This document shows, piece after piece, positions 26,477 to 34,949 of a stretch of DNA of 64,000 bases. The position numbers and the translations under genes were made by a program. The stretch lies in sequence record OR352956.1. One strand, written 5' to 3'. Position 1 is the first letter of the stretch, and each line of letters opens with the position of its first letter. This stretch comes from Escherichia phage AV126. The notes beneath the pieces were generated by a model. It ran no database searches, was not told the origin of the DNA, and saw only the letters and a program-made list of their open reading frames with translations.

Positions 26477-26510
26477 TTGACAGGGGATCGGCGTTATATT
26501 ATATTTAACT
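26477..26510 (+). promoter_or_regulatory. sigma70-like promoter
   Basis: TTGACA (inside palindrome CCCCTATTGACAGGGG) / TATATT; ORF at 26551. Confidence 0.5.
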
Positions 26511-26550
26511 CACTGGCAGCAAACAACGAAACGAAACAAAGGACAACACC

Positions 26551-26970
26551 ATGAACATTAAATCAAATAATCCAGCTTACTCCTTCGATAACGCTTTTTG
26601 TCACGGTAGCGCCGCCAAAGGCTTCGAAATCGATGGTAAATTGGTTATCGTGAACGTTGACGGGGAAGAGGTTGCAGTGTATCCGGTAAACGATGTTAAA
26701 AGCCGTTTACAATGCCGCATGGATGTTACCGCATATCAGCTTGATCCGGTCCGTGTAGTTGCCCTGGTATTAGAGGAAGAGATCAAAGCAATGCATCACA
26801 GTAATAAGTTTATTGGTGACGCGCAGGATAATATGAACGTTTGCCGCCATAAAGTTAATGAAGCATTGAAAGAATATGGTTTTAAGGATCTGATGATCAA
26901 ACGTGATGAAAAATTCCGCTTTCGTAATGACCTGGCAAACCGGATCTACTCAATCTATGAAGCGTTATAA
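26551..26970 (+). CDS. hypothetical protein (139 aa)
   Basis: ORF with own TTGACA promoter, followed by strong terminator. Confidence 0.55.
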   Translation: MNIKSNNPAYSFDNAFCHGSAAKGFEIDGKLVIVNVDGEEVAVYPVNDVKSRLQCRMDVTAYQLDPVRVVALVLEEEIKAMHHSNKFIGDAQDNMNVCRHKVNEALKEYGFKDLMIKRDEKFRFRNDLANRIYSIYEAL

Positions 26971-26983
26971 TCGACAACAAAAC

Positions 26984-27012
26984 AAGGGGCGCACCAAGCG
27001 CCCTTTCTTTTT
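26984..27012 (+). terminator. rho-independent terminator
   Basis: AAGGGGCGCACCAAGCGCCCTTT + CTTTTTG; ends the PeSL island. Confidence 0.8.
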
Positions 27013-27218
27013 GCCTGAACAATGTTGATAGCTTTCGCCTATGAAAAACCGACACAGAACAAAACTGAATAAATCGCGGTATCGAGCTAATCAACCATCA
27101 AACGAATAACCATACATCCCAGGGCAACAGGCTGTTAGAGAGCTATTTAGAGCGGTTAAAATCGATCTACAACCAACAACAAACCATCAAAAACACCCTT
27201 TTACCTCCTTTCTAGTGC

Positions 27219-27237
27219 AATGATAACCATTATCATC
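27219..27237. promoter_or_regulatory. Fur-box-like palindrome
   Basis: AATGATAACCATTATCATC; 13/14 match to TGATAATnATTATCA. Confidence 0.5.
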
Positions 27238-27580
27238 TACCCATGATTATCTATGCAATATAAGCGCATAATTATAATGTTGATAATAGTTCGCAACAAC
27301 TAACCAACAAACAACATAAAACAATAAGCAAACTAATCATAATCAAAGGAATAATAGCAAGATGATTGATAACGACAAACAATCAAACCATGATGAATAC
27401 TAAGCAAGATAACGATAACACGACAAAACAACCAACTAACGAACAATAACAAACGAAACCATTAAAAGATCAACTATTAGCAAAATAGTGTCTATTGCCA
27501 TAATAGTGACTGAATGAAATCATTACAAAACGAATCATTCCAAGGATCATCATTAGCACGCTACGCCGGACACGTAGCGA

Positions 27581-27708
27581 GCTAATAATAAGCCAACTAC
27601 ACCCCAACAATCATAACCATCGGTGACGGTTATTTCTTGTTACTGCGTAGCTTGCAATAATTGCAAGCGTAATGACGCTTACACTTATTGCGCTGGCTTA
27701 TTATTAGC
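27581..27708. repeat. 14-bp perfect inverted repeat pair flanking ~100 bp rich in palindromes
   Basis: GCTAATAATAAGCC at 27581-27594 and its reverse complement GGCTTATTATTAGC at 27695-27708; internal palindrome CTTGCAATAATTGCAAG (27651-27668); adjacent hairpin GCTACGCCGGACACGTAGC. Confidence 0.55.
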
Positions 27709-27990
27709 ATTATATGTAATTACCAAGATCATAACATTAGCGCAATAACAATAATCATTACAATAATTACATAAGGAAACAATTAGCATAGCAATAATTA
27801 TGGGGGCAATGGGAGGATGATTATCATCATTCCGATACATTGCACACTATGCACATAATAAGATAAAAAGCAATAATCTTGGGGGCGAAATGTTACCGCC
27901 ACAGGCGGGAATGTTGAGCATCTTCTCTTAAACGTAAATAAAATCAGAAAATTCTTGATTTATTTTAGTTTTTATGTTAATAAACGTTTA

Positions 27991-28008
27991 AATAATAATC
28001 ATTCTCAT
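27991..28008. promoter_or_regulatory. Fur-box-like site
   Basis: AATAATAATCATTCTCAT; shares the 14-mer ATAATCATTCTCAT with the site at 15973-15993. Confidence 0.45.
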
Positions 28009-28148
28009 ATAAATAATAGTCTGCTTGTCATGAGCGGGATTAGTTGACATTGTTCCGTCATATGATGAAGTTGCCAAGCCATTGATAAATAAGTGTTTGT
28101 GTGATTTATAATCAAGTGGCCCACCTTGTCGCTACGTTGGCATGAGCC

Positions 28149-28190
28149 TTGCATAAGTCATTGAATACGAATGATAATTATTCTCATTCG
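28149..28190 (+). promoter_or_regulatory. sigma70-like promoter overlapped by Fur-box-like palindrome
   Basis: TTGCAT -35, ~18-nt spacer, GATAAT -10; 21-bp near-palindrome GAATGATAATTATTCTCATTC (13/14 to 7-1-7 Fur consensus) over the -10. Confidence 0.5.
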
Positions 28191-28529
28191 CATGATATTT
28201 GGGAATTGTCGCTGCGTGGACCTGACGGCCCGAAAATTCGCGTTAAGCACTTCTTACGTATGCGCCATGATTTTTGCCATATCATATTGATTCTATTAGA
28301 TATTCTTGCCATGATTGCCATGAAACAGGGTGTCCCGAAATAATCTCTCCCCGTAGATATTTTGGGTTACTTTTTATACAAGAGTGGGGTGTCAAAAATA
28401 ATCGGTATATATGGGATAATTGATAGGAATCCCCTATGATAATTCGATTGTAATTCCCTAAGATTGATCGTATGATGTTGGTGATTGATGATTGCCATGA
28501 AAGATGGCTAACGATGAGAGGAGATTATC

Positions 28530-28898
28530 ATGCAAGAGAGTAAAAATATTCCGTTGAGCAGTGCAGCATTGATTCAATTCTACAAAGCATGGATGGCTGA
28601 TCACTACAGCATGGATCGCACGGAGAATGGACTGTGTTTATGTATTCATCATTTTGTGCGATCTCATCTTATGAAAGATGTGGAGAATCCCCGATGGTAT
28701 GCCGACATAATAGATAGCTTGTTGTTTGAGATGCGTGCTCAGTTCAAAGACGCTGGCATTGATACGTGCGCACCCTTCAACACTGGATATGCGGATTACT
28801 TGATTGAAGTGGAAGATAAAATGTGTCACCTGAATCCACTTCGCATTCAGTGGGTGAAAGATCGCATTGAAGATGCAAATAATGCTTGCATTGAATAA
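28530..28898 (+). CDS. paralogous family A protein, copy 1 (122 aa)
   Basis: GAGAGGAG SD; shares FY..W..GLC..PF..H.N..R..WVKDR pattern with ORFs at 31968, 35294, 38592, 39897. Confidence 0.6.
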   Translation: MQESKNIPLSSAALIQFYKAWMADHYSMDRTENGLCLCIHHFVRSHLMKDVENPRWYADIIDSLLFEMRAQFKDAGIDTCAPFNTGYADYLIEVEDKMCHLNPLRIQWVKDRIEDANNACIE

Positions 28899-28968
28899 AA
28901 ATGTCTGTATGATGTTTGTATAAGATATGCAATACCGCGCATAACAAACAGCTAATGAGGAGATTGGA

Positions 28969-29199
28969 ATGCATAGCATGAAACGCATGAAAATTCGTAT
29001 TGAGAATGATGGTGGTTATAAAGGATTGGCACATGCAAAATTTCCACTTGTGCTGGAAGCTACGGTGGAATACAGTGGGCTTGCTCATGTGCGATTCTCG
29101 AAGATGATGGAAGTGCAGGAATGGTTTTGGGACGAGATAGATGCACGAGAAGGAGAAGATTATGTTTTCTTTCCTCACGAATATGAAATTATCTATTAA
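28969..29199 (+). CDS. paralogous family B protein, copy 1 (76 aa)
   Basis: Shares E.W.W.E....EG.DYVFF motif with ORF 32678..32899. Confidence 0.5.
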   Translation: MHSMKRMKIRIENDGGYKGLAHAKFPLVLEATVEYSGLAHVRFSKMMEVQEWFWDEIDAREGEDYVFFPHEYEIIY

Positions 29200-29211
29200 G
29201 GGTTGTGTGCA

Positions 29212-29451
29212 ATGATCACACCACAACAGAATGAAGCAGCAATGGATCTTCTTGATAGTTTGTATTTCGATAATTGGTACTCTGAATGTGAATGGATGAA
29301 TGTGCAAACTCTGAAAGAGAAGACAAAAGCGTTGATTACAGTAGATCAATTTCTTGCAGAGACGGAAAGAATGAATTATGATATGGCATCTCGCGCACGA
29401 CGCGTTTCCATTTTCAATAAAATGTTAGCATTATGGGGAGGTAGAAAATGA
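29212..29451 (+). CDS. hypothetical protein (79 aa)
   Basis: First ATG of ORF-track ORF 29203 (TTG). Confidence 0.45.
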   Translation: MITPQQNEAAMDLLDSLYFDNWYSECEWMNVQTLKEKTKALITVDQFLAETERMNYDMASRARRVSIFNKMLALWGGRK

Positions 29452-29909
29452 GACAACCATCTATACTGGAAGCGCATGTGCAGTGTGTTGTAGATTATGT
29501 CAAAGAACACTCAAGTTTATTAAATGTAACCTGTGCAGTGCAAAATGATGTAGGTATTGTCTGTGTGCAACATATCTTATCTGAAACTCGTTATGAAGTG
29601 TTTCGTGCCACGTTGTTTGGATGTGATCGGGTGCATGTAAACTTCCTGGACTCCAATTATCGTTATGCTTTAGAAAATATTGATGACTATCTTCCTTGCT
29701 CTCCGACAGGATATGTAATGGTAACAGCAAACGAAGTAACACCGAGCAACAGTGAACGGGAAGCTTTGTTACGGAAGAAAATACGCCAACTGCAAGTGTT
29801 GAATGAAATGCAAGAAGAGATTGAAAAAGAACTAAAAGAAGATTTTGGTATACTTCCAAAAGACGCTTTGAAATGGTATGATGAACTAGGAGGAGAAAGT
29901 TATGAATAA
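29448..29909 (+). CDS. hypothetical protein (153 aa)
   Basis: GGGAGG SD. Confidence 0.55.
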   Translation: MRQPSILEAHVQCVVDYVKEHSSLLNVTCAVQNDVGIVCVQHILSETRYEVFRATLFGCDRVHVNFLDSNYRYALENIDDYLPCSPTGYVMVTANEVTPSNSEREALLRKKIRQLQVLNEMQEEIEKELKEDFGILPKDALKWYDELGGESYE

Positions 29910-30096
29910 AGGAACCACTGTATATTTAGTGACTAAGAACACCCCATGTTGGAATCAGTGCACAACGACTCCATATAAAATCTGTGCAACACTGGAACTA
30001 GCACAACGTGCAGAAGCAGAAGTTGACGCTATGCATTACAGTTATGGGGAGATCATTCCTTTCACTCTGGAACAAGAAGGAGCATACAATGTTTAA
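29902..30096 (+). CDS. hypothetical protein (64 aa)
   Basis: AGGAGGAGAAAG SD. Confidence 0.5.
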   Translation: MNKGTTVYLVTKNTPCWNQCTTTPYKICATLELAQRAEAEVDAMHYSYGEIIPFTLEQEGAYNV

Positions 30097-30547
30097 AGAA
30101 GGCCATGTCTACCGTTTCCAGGATGAGGATTATATGCGACTGTATTCTACCTTTGATAAAGGTATTGCGACTATCATTGGAGAGAATTTTTTCGAGGTGT
30201 TGAGCACTGATACGAATGGTAATATCTTGTCAATGGTTGTAATAGGTATGAGAGATGGTATTATCACTGCTGGTGATGGGGATCGTTACATAATCAATTC
30301 TGCTCATATAGATTATTTTGTTGACGGTGGTGTTCGTGGTGGTCGTGGAAAACCCCAAGAAGAACCTGTTGATACAACAAAAGAAGAGTGGTATGTTGTA
30401 ATGACTGATGACACATGTATTTCTGGATTTGAAAGTTATGAAGAAGCTTTGAAAGAAGCAGCAGAGCATAAAATGGCTAATCCTACAGAAGAGGTTGAAG
30501 TTTATAAACGTTTGGTTGTTGCTACCATCGGCGTATCTTTTGTTTAA
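30089..30547 (+). CDS. hypothetical protein (152 aa)
   Basis: ATG 30089 after GAAGGAG, overlapping previous stop. Confidence 0.5.
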   Translation: MFKEGHVYRFQDEDYMRLYSTFDKGIATIIGENFFEVLSTDTNGNILSMVVIGMRDGIITAGDGDRYIINSAHIDYFVDGGVRGGRGKPQEEPVDTTKEEWYVVMTDDTCISGFESYEEALKEAAEHKMANPTEEVEVYKRLVVATIGVSFV

Positions 30548-30559
30548 AAGGAGAATGTT

Positions 30560-30997
30560 ATGTTTAAAGTTAATGCTGTTTACTGTTTCAAAAGTAAAGC
30601 TGCATGTGAAGCTTTCTCTATGATCTCTGATGAAAATTTCAAAATGGCAGCTTTGATTGAAGGGTCTTGTTTCCGCGTCGAAGATGTTAGTGAATCAGGG
30701 TCTGTTTGCTCATTGACTTTATTGGACAGCGGGGATATTATTGAAGCTGGACAGTATCCGTTCAGAAGTTGGGAGATATTGTTAGCTCGCGGAGAGCGTA
30801 ACTTTTTTATGTGCGTGTCTGCGGGGGAAGTTGTGAAAGAAACTAAGGATGTTTCTGTTTACAATTCTGAATTTATAAGTTATAGTGAGTATCAACATCT
30901 GGAAGGCATTGTTGGTCACTTGTTATCTCTGATTGACATTGAATGTGACTTGCCTGAATCATTGAAAGAAGAGTTGAAAGCATTAGATCTGTTATAA
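30560..30997 (+). CDS. hypothetical protein (145 aa)
   Basis: AAAGGAGAA SD. Confidence 0.55.
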   Translation: MFKVNAVYCFKSKAACEAFSMISDENFKMAALIEGSCFRVEDVSESGSVCSLTLLDSGDIIEAGQYPFRSWEILLARGERNFFMCVSAGEVVKETKDVSVYNSEFISYSEYQHLEGIVGHLLSLIDIECDLPESLKEELKALDLL

Positions 30998-31024
30998 TGT
31001 TTCGCACAACGAAAGGAGAATAAG

Positions 31025-31324
31025 ATGAATCTGACCGAACAGTTACGCCGTATTGCAAAAGAAGCTTCCTTCAACTTCCCTGTTGAAGAAGTGATCGAGA
31101 CATGTTTTGCTGAAGCACGAGCGGGAAACTCTTCAAGAAATTTCACGCCATCTGATTTTGGTCTGGATAACTCCCCTACCCACCCAGGGGAGATCTACAA
31201 TCAGGTGAAGTGGATGGATGAAGCAGTAGCAATTCTTCGTGAGCGTGGGCTTATTGTTTATAAAGAAATGGATCTGAACGGGGCATACGAGTGGATCACT
31301 ATTGATTGGTCGGAGGTGAAATAA
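31025..31324 (+). CDS. hypothetical protein (99 aa)
   Basis: AAAGGAGAA SD. Confidence 0.55.
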   Translation: MNLTEQLRRIAKEASFNFPVEEVIETCFAEARAGNSSRNFTPSDFGLDNSPTHPGEIYNQVKWMDEAVAILRERGLIVYKEMDLNGAYEWITIDWSEVK

Positions 31325-31533
31325 TGGTTACTATCACATTGACAGTTACACAAGAGCAAGCAGAAGAATTACGTGATGCACTGGCATATATGGGACGCGC
31401 TTATTATATGCCTCATAAATCTCAAGATGTTTTTGCTACAGCCGTTGAGAAAGCTTTAAACAAATACCGAGAAACTCATGCCGTTCCTAAAGTATCAGCA
31501 GAAGAGTTTGGCACTTGGCACGAAGTTCACTGA
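31324..31533 (+). CDS. hypothetical protein (69 aa)
   Basis: ATG 31324 after GGAGGTG. Confidence 0.45.
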   Translation: MVTITLTVTQEQAEELRDALAYMGRAYYMPHKSQDVFATAVEKALNKYRETHAVPKVSAEEFGTWHEVH

Positions 31534-31543
31534 GGAGGTTTCG

Positions 31544-31777
31544 ATGAAAGGTAACAAGATGAAAGTTAGTCAAGTGCCGAGCGCATACACTTTGTGGCTT
31601 GCGCGAGCGTTACACCAGACGATCAAAAACCCTAAGAAGCCAATGAAGAGCGGGAAGAAGTTTATGTCTAAGGGCAAAACAACCTTTGGCTTCACTCGTA
31701 TGTCTGTTAAGATGAAAAGACTGGGATACAAGCCAAACTACGCTCGTTACCCTTCCGAATACAACTGGTTTGACTAA
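31544..31777 (+). CDS. hypothetical basic protein (77 aa)
   Basis: ATG 31544 after GAGGAGG; Lys/Arg-rich. Confidence 0.45.
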   Translation: MKGNKMKVSQVPSAYTLWLARALHQTIKNPKKPMKSGKKFMSKGKTTFGFTRMSVKMKRLGYKPNYARYPSEYNWFD

Positions 31778-31790
31778 AAGGAGAAAGATT

Positions 31791-31967
31791 ATGGCTACTT
31801 TTCAACAATTGAAAGATGTTTCACGTTTAGTAAGAAAAATCCGAGAAGCAGACGCTGCTGTGCGGAATGCACTAACACCAGCAGAGCGTGAAGATCTTGA
31901 AGAGGAGGTGAAAACAGCCGAGAATGCTTTTGCTGCGTATCTTTCAACACTGTACACAGGAGGTTAA
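31791..31967 (+). CDS. hypothetical protein (58 aa)
   Basis: ATG after AAAGGAGAAAG. Confidence 0.45.
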   Translation: MATFQQLKDVSRLVRKIREADAAVRNALTPAEREDLEEEVKTAENAFAAYLSTLYTGG

Positions 31968-32282
31968 ATGTCAGAAGAACTTAAAGAATTTTATCAGGCA
32001 TATCATAACTGGCTGTTAGCTGGTGCTCCAGATAATAATCCTTTCTGGCATGATAAAGGGTTATGTAGTTGCCTCTATCTTTGGTCTGGTGGTTATGATG
32101 ACCTAAATTATGAAATGCAAATGCAATTCCGCGAAGCAGGTTTGTCTGAAGAATACCCGTTTGATGATGGGGATTGGTTTAAATATGATTTTGCACAAAG
32201 AAACGGGCTGCTACATTTAAATGCTGCCCGTATAAAATGGGTAAAAGATCATGCTACACAGGAGGATGTGCAATGCCTATAG
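31968..32282 (+). CDS. paralogous family A protein, copy 2 (104 aa)
   Basis: AGGAGG SD; family A motif. Confidence 0.6.
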   Translation: MSEELKEFYQAYHNWLLAGAPDNNPFWHDKGLCSCLYLWSGGYDDLNYEMQMQFREAGLSEEYPFDDGDWFKYDFAQRNGLLHLNAARIKWVKDHATQEDVQCL

Positions 32283-32473
32283 TGTTTGTTTTCTTGGCAA
32301 TTGTTATGGTTGTTCTTTTCGCCGCATGGCTTTGGGATTTTGACCCAGGAGCCGCGCAGCAAAGAGCTACAGACTTGAAAGAACAATGTATTGTGCTCAA
32401 ACATGAACGAAATGCGGAGAAATTTCTTGACCTGGAGTGTGATCGCCTTGTAAGATACAAGCAAGATAAATAA
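32273..32473 (+). CDS. hypothetical membrane-anchored protein (66 aa)
   Basis: ATG 32273 after AGGAGG; N-terminal TM-like IVFVFLAIVMVVLFAAWLW. Confidence 0.45.
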   Translation: MPIVFVFLAIVMVVLFAAWLWDFDPGAAQQRATDLKEQCIVLKHERNAEKFLDLECDRLVRYKQDK

Positions 32474-32487
32474 CTTTTAGGTGCAAA

Positions 32488-32676
32488 ATGGTAATTGAGA
32501 TTAAACTTGAATATGCTGGGGCTGTTGCCTTGATCGCACAAATGCTTGGAGCAAAGATTGAAGAAGTGTATATCAACGCCTGGAGCGTAGAGATTGATGT
32601 TCCTATGGACAACATTGCTAATCGCTTGCTGGTGGCAGAGTGTGAACGCACCAACATAATCTACAAAGGAGCATAA
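32488..32676 (+). CDS. hypothetical protein (62 aa)
   Basis: ORF in co-oriented block. Confidence 0.45.
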   Translation: MVIEIKLEYAGAVALIAQMLGAKIEEVYINAWSVEIDVPMDNIANRLLVAECERTNIIYKGA

Positions 32677-32677
32677 T

Positions 32678-32899
32678 ATGAAAATTAGAGTTTGTGATGT
32701 ATTGGGTTATGTTGGTTTTGAGAATGTTCAGATTCCTTTTGTTGTTGAAGCACATCTTGTTAGTGAGGATATGACAACATTCTTTGTTACGATAGAAGAA
32801 ATGTCCAAAGTTGAGGGATGGGAGTGGTTTGAAGAAGATGTTTGGGAAGGTTGTGATTACGTATTCTTCTCTGACGAAGTGAATGTTCTTGCGGAGTAG
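32678..32899 (+). CDS. paralogous family B protein, copy 2 (73 aa)
   Basis: Family B motif. Confidence 0.5.
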   Translation: MKIRVCDVLGYVGFENVQIPFVVEAHLVSEDMTTFFVTIEEMSKVEGWEWFEEDVWEGCDYVFFSDEVNVLAE

Positions 32900-32901
32900 G
32901 T

Positions 32902-33108
32902 ATGTCTTGTTTTACAAAAGCAGTGTCCATATGTAAGAAACAGTATGAAAGTGATTACGGAATATTTAATATTCCAGTAGATCATACAGTGTATTGTTCA
33001 TGTGGTGGCAGAATGAAGAAAACAGTGATTTATGCGGATAATGGAGATGAACTTGTTCCAGTTATGGTTTGCAAAGCTTGTCATTCTGTTAAAACATTAA
33101 AAGCGTAA
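32902..33108 (+). CDS. hypothetical Cys-rich protein (68 aa)
   Basis: CxC...CxxC arrangement (CSCGG...CKAC). Confidence 0.45.
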   Translation: MSCFTKAVSICKKQYESDYGIFNIPVDHTVYCSCGGRMKKTVIYADNGDELVPVMVCKACHSVKTLKA

Positions 33109-33204
33109 GGAGTCGGGACACCCGACGATTGGAGCTAAAAATTTTGCGTACAACCCTTTCCGCCCAACAGGGGGCGCATCGGGTAAACAAAGAGGAGAGT
33201 TTAT

Positions 33205-33603
33205 ATGAAAAAGATTATCGTAGGTTTATTGTTACTCATTGCATCTCTTGGAACAGCAAATGCATCTCAAGTTTATGAGTGTGTATCAGACGTAGTTGTT
33301 AAAAATCTGAAAGGTGAAGTGATTTCTGGCCCTAAGAAAATGGCTTCTGTTGTCATTAATAAAGACAACTCCTTTATCCTTAAAAATTCGGGTGGTGCTT
33401 TGATGAGCGGTATTCTTCAAAACACAGGAGGAAAGAGTAAAGATGGAAGTTCTATGTACGGTTCACAGCAGTTTATTGGCACTACCGAAGTTGTGATGAT
33501 GCGCACAGAGTATCGAGATACTTTAGCTTGGTTTGCATTTCTAAAAAATGATAAAACAATAACGAATGTTCTTACTCTAGAAGCTGATTGTACGCAACGA
33601 TAA
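33205..33603 (+). CDS. hypothetical secreted protein (132 aa)
   Basis: Signal-peptide-like MKKIIVGLLLLIASLGTANA; GAGGAGAG SD. Confidence 0.55.
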   Translation: MKKIIVGLLLLIASLGTANASQVYECVSDVVVKNLKGEVISGPKKMASVVINKDNSFILKNSGGALMSGILQNTGGKSKDGSSMYGSQQFIGTTEVVMMRTEYRDTLAWFAFLKNDKTITNVLTLEADCTQR

Positions 33604-33612
33604 GGGGGATTT

Positions 33613-34059
33613 ATGACTAAAGTGAGGCATTACGCTGTAAACTGCAACGATGCTTGGCGTTTGTGTCCTGATGATCCTACAGAAGGGACATTTGTAAGAT
33701 ATGAGGATTATAAAGAGTTATCGGATGCTGTGATCGCATTGTTAACTGATATCCGTTCACGTTATCCAGGACAAGATTTCACTTGCCCTCACATCAAACT
33801 TCTTGCTTGTCTGGTAGAAGGTGAGAAAGAAGTGGAAGATGGCTTCAAGCGTGTAGAGTATCAAGGTGAAACTTTAGATGTTCCTGAGTTTGTTAATTAT
33901 ATTGCAACAGATTCGAGTGGCGAGCGTTATGGCTACAGCCATAAGCCAGAGATTCCTGATTGGATTCCCGCTTGGAGATATTCCGTTAGTACCGGAGACT
34001 ATATCTTCCTTGGTGTAGGTAGTAGTAAGGATTGGCGTTTCTCTTTGACAGAGGTTTAA
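33613..34059 (+). CDS. hypothetical protein (148 aa)
   Basis: AAGGGGG SD. Confidence 0.55.
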   Translation: MTKVRHYAVNCNDAWRLCPDDPTEGTFVRYEDYKELSDAVIALLTDIRSRYPGQDFTCPHIKLLACLVEGEKEVEDGFKRVEYQGETLDVPEFVNYIATDSSGERYGYSHKPEIPDWIPAWRYSVSTGDYIFLGVGSSKDWRFSLTEV

Positions 34060-34063
34060 TAAT

Positions 34064-34327
34064 ATGGAAGAAACATTACCAGCAGCATATCGTTTGAATG
34101 ATGAGCGTATTTGGGAGTGGACCGACGTTTCTTGTTTTTACCCTGAAATAGTTCAGTATTGGCGAGCGAAAGGGTGTATTGTGGTTATCAACCCTTGTGG
34201 ACCAGTGGATGAAGATTGCTTGTATCTCGATGGAAAGTGGCACAGTTATTGTCGCTGGCCTTTTGAGTGGATGTGTAAAGAAGATCTCCCAGAGGGTTGG
34301 GAGTATCCAAAAGCAAATAGGAGATAA
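34064..34327 (+). CDS. hypothetical protein (87 aa)
   Basis: ORF in co-oriented block. Confidence 0.5.
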   Translation: MEETLPAAYRLNDERIWEWTDVSCFYPEIVQYWRAKGCIVVINPCGPVDEDCLYLDGKWHSYCRWPFEWMCKEDLPEGWEYPKANRR

Positions 34328-34328
34328 T

Positions 34329-34691
34329 ATGTCTAAAGATTTTGTTGAAGTGTTTGTCAAAGATGAAGAAACTGGTTTAGGCACGGGTTTCATTTGTGAA
34401 GAAACTTTTAAACGTGAACAAGAAAAAGCTATCCTTATGCGAAACTATGATCATGCATTAGAACAATGGAAAAATGCAGAACAAAAATGCAAAAACCTTT
34501 ATGCAGAAAATAGAAAACTACAAGATCAAATGGAGTTGTTAGCTATCAGTTTACGATCTCTCATTTTGGCTGTAGAAGACGGTTTTAAAAATCCAGATGG
34601 TTTTCCTGTGAGCGATATTGAACATGATTTGTATCTTGCTCGTGGTGCTTACTTTTATGTTAAACAGAAGTCTGTAGAAGGAGAGAAGTGA
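34329..34691 (+). CDS. hypothetical protein (120 aa), coiled-coil-like
   Basis: ATG 34329 after AGGAGA (ORF-track start 34179 overlaps previous gene). Confidence 0.5.
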   Translation: MSKDFVEVFVKDEETGLGTGFICEETFKREQEKAILMRNYDHALEQWKNAEQKCKNLYAENRKLQDQMELLAISLRSLILAVEDGFKNPDGFPVSDIEHDLYLARGAYFYVKQKSVEGEK

Positions 34692-34888
34692 TGGAAGAAA
34701 AACTGGAACGTATTATCGAGTTAGCCATGTCTATTGGCTACGACGATTGTTTTCTCCAAACTATTGGAGAAACACAGAACGATTACGACTCTTGGGTGAA
34801 AGAGTTGGAAGAACTCAAAACTTCCTTGATTGCTGACTTTGCTGAAGCAGAGGATAGAGCGGATCGTTACAACTATCTGTGTCGATAA
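34691..34888 (+). CDS. hypothetical protein (65 aa)
   Basis: ATG 34691 after GGAGAGAAG. Confidence 0.45.
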   Translation: MEEKLERIIELAMSIGYDDCFLQTIGETQNDYDSWVKELEELKTSLIADFAEAEDRADRYNYLCR

Positions 34889-34949
34889 ACCTTGACATTT
34901 CTTTTATGTATGGTATACATACATTATCAACACAGATAAGGAGAGAAAA

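Larger units (their letters stand above)
16627..26510 (+). repeat. array of at least 22 PeSL-like cassettes (promoter plus stem-loop), one before almost every small ORF
   Basis: Recurring TTGACA - ~17 nt - (TGn)TAAGAT/TAAACT/TAATAT - GC-rich hairpin (GGGCGGCAATGGTGCCGC, GGGCGGGAAGTGGTTTCCCGCC, GCGGGAATAGTTCCCGC variants) - ~20-40 nt purine-rich leader - ATG. Confidence 0.75.

Noticed and set aside
16627-26510. Possible CRISPR array, given many GC-rich short repeats at semi-regular spacing
   Set aside because: The repeats are promoter plus hairpin cassettes of variable sequence, spaced 200-450 bp apart with an ORF after each; there are no uniform direct repeats with short spacers.
28149-28343. 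ORF-track ORF (64 aa) in the 27-28.5 kb non-coding region
   Set aside because: Its start overlaps the Fur-box-like promoter/operator; no SD and atypical composition. More likely a 5' leader or non-coding sequence.
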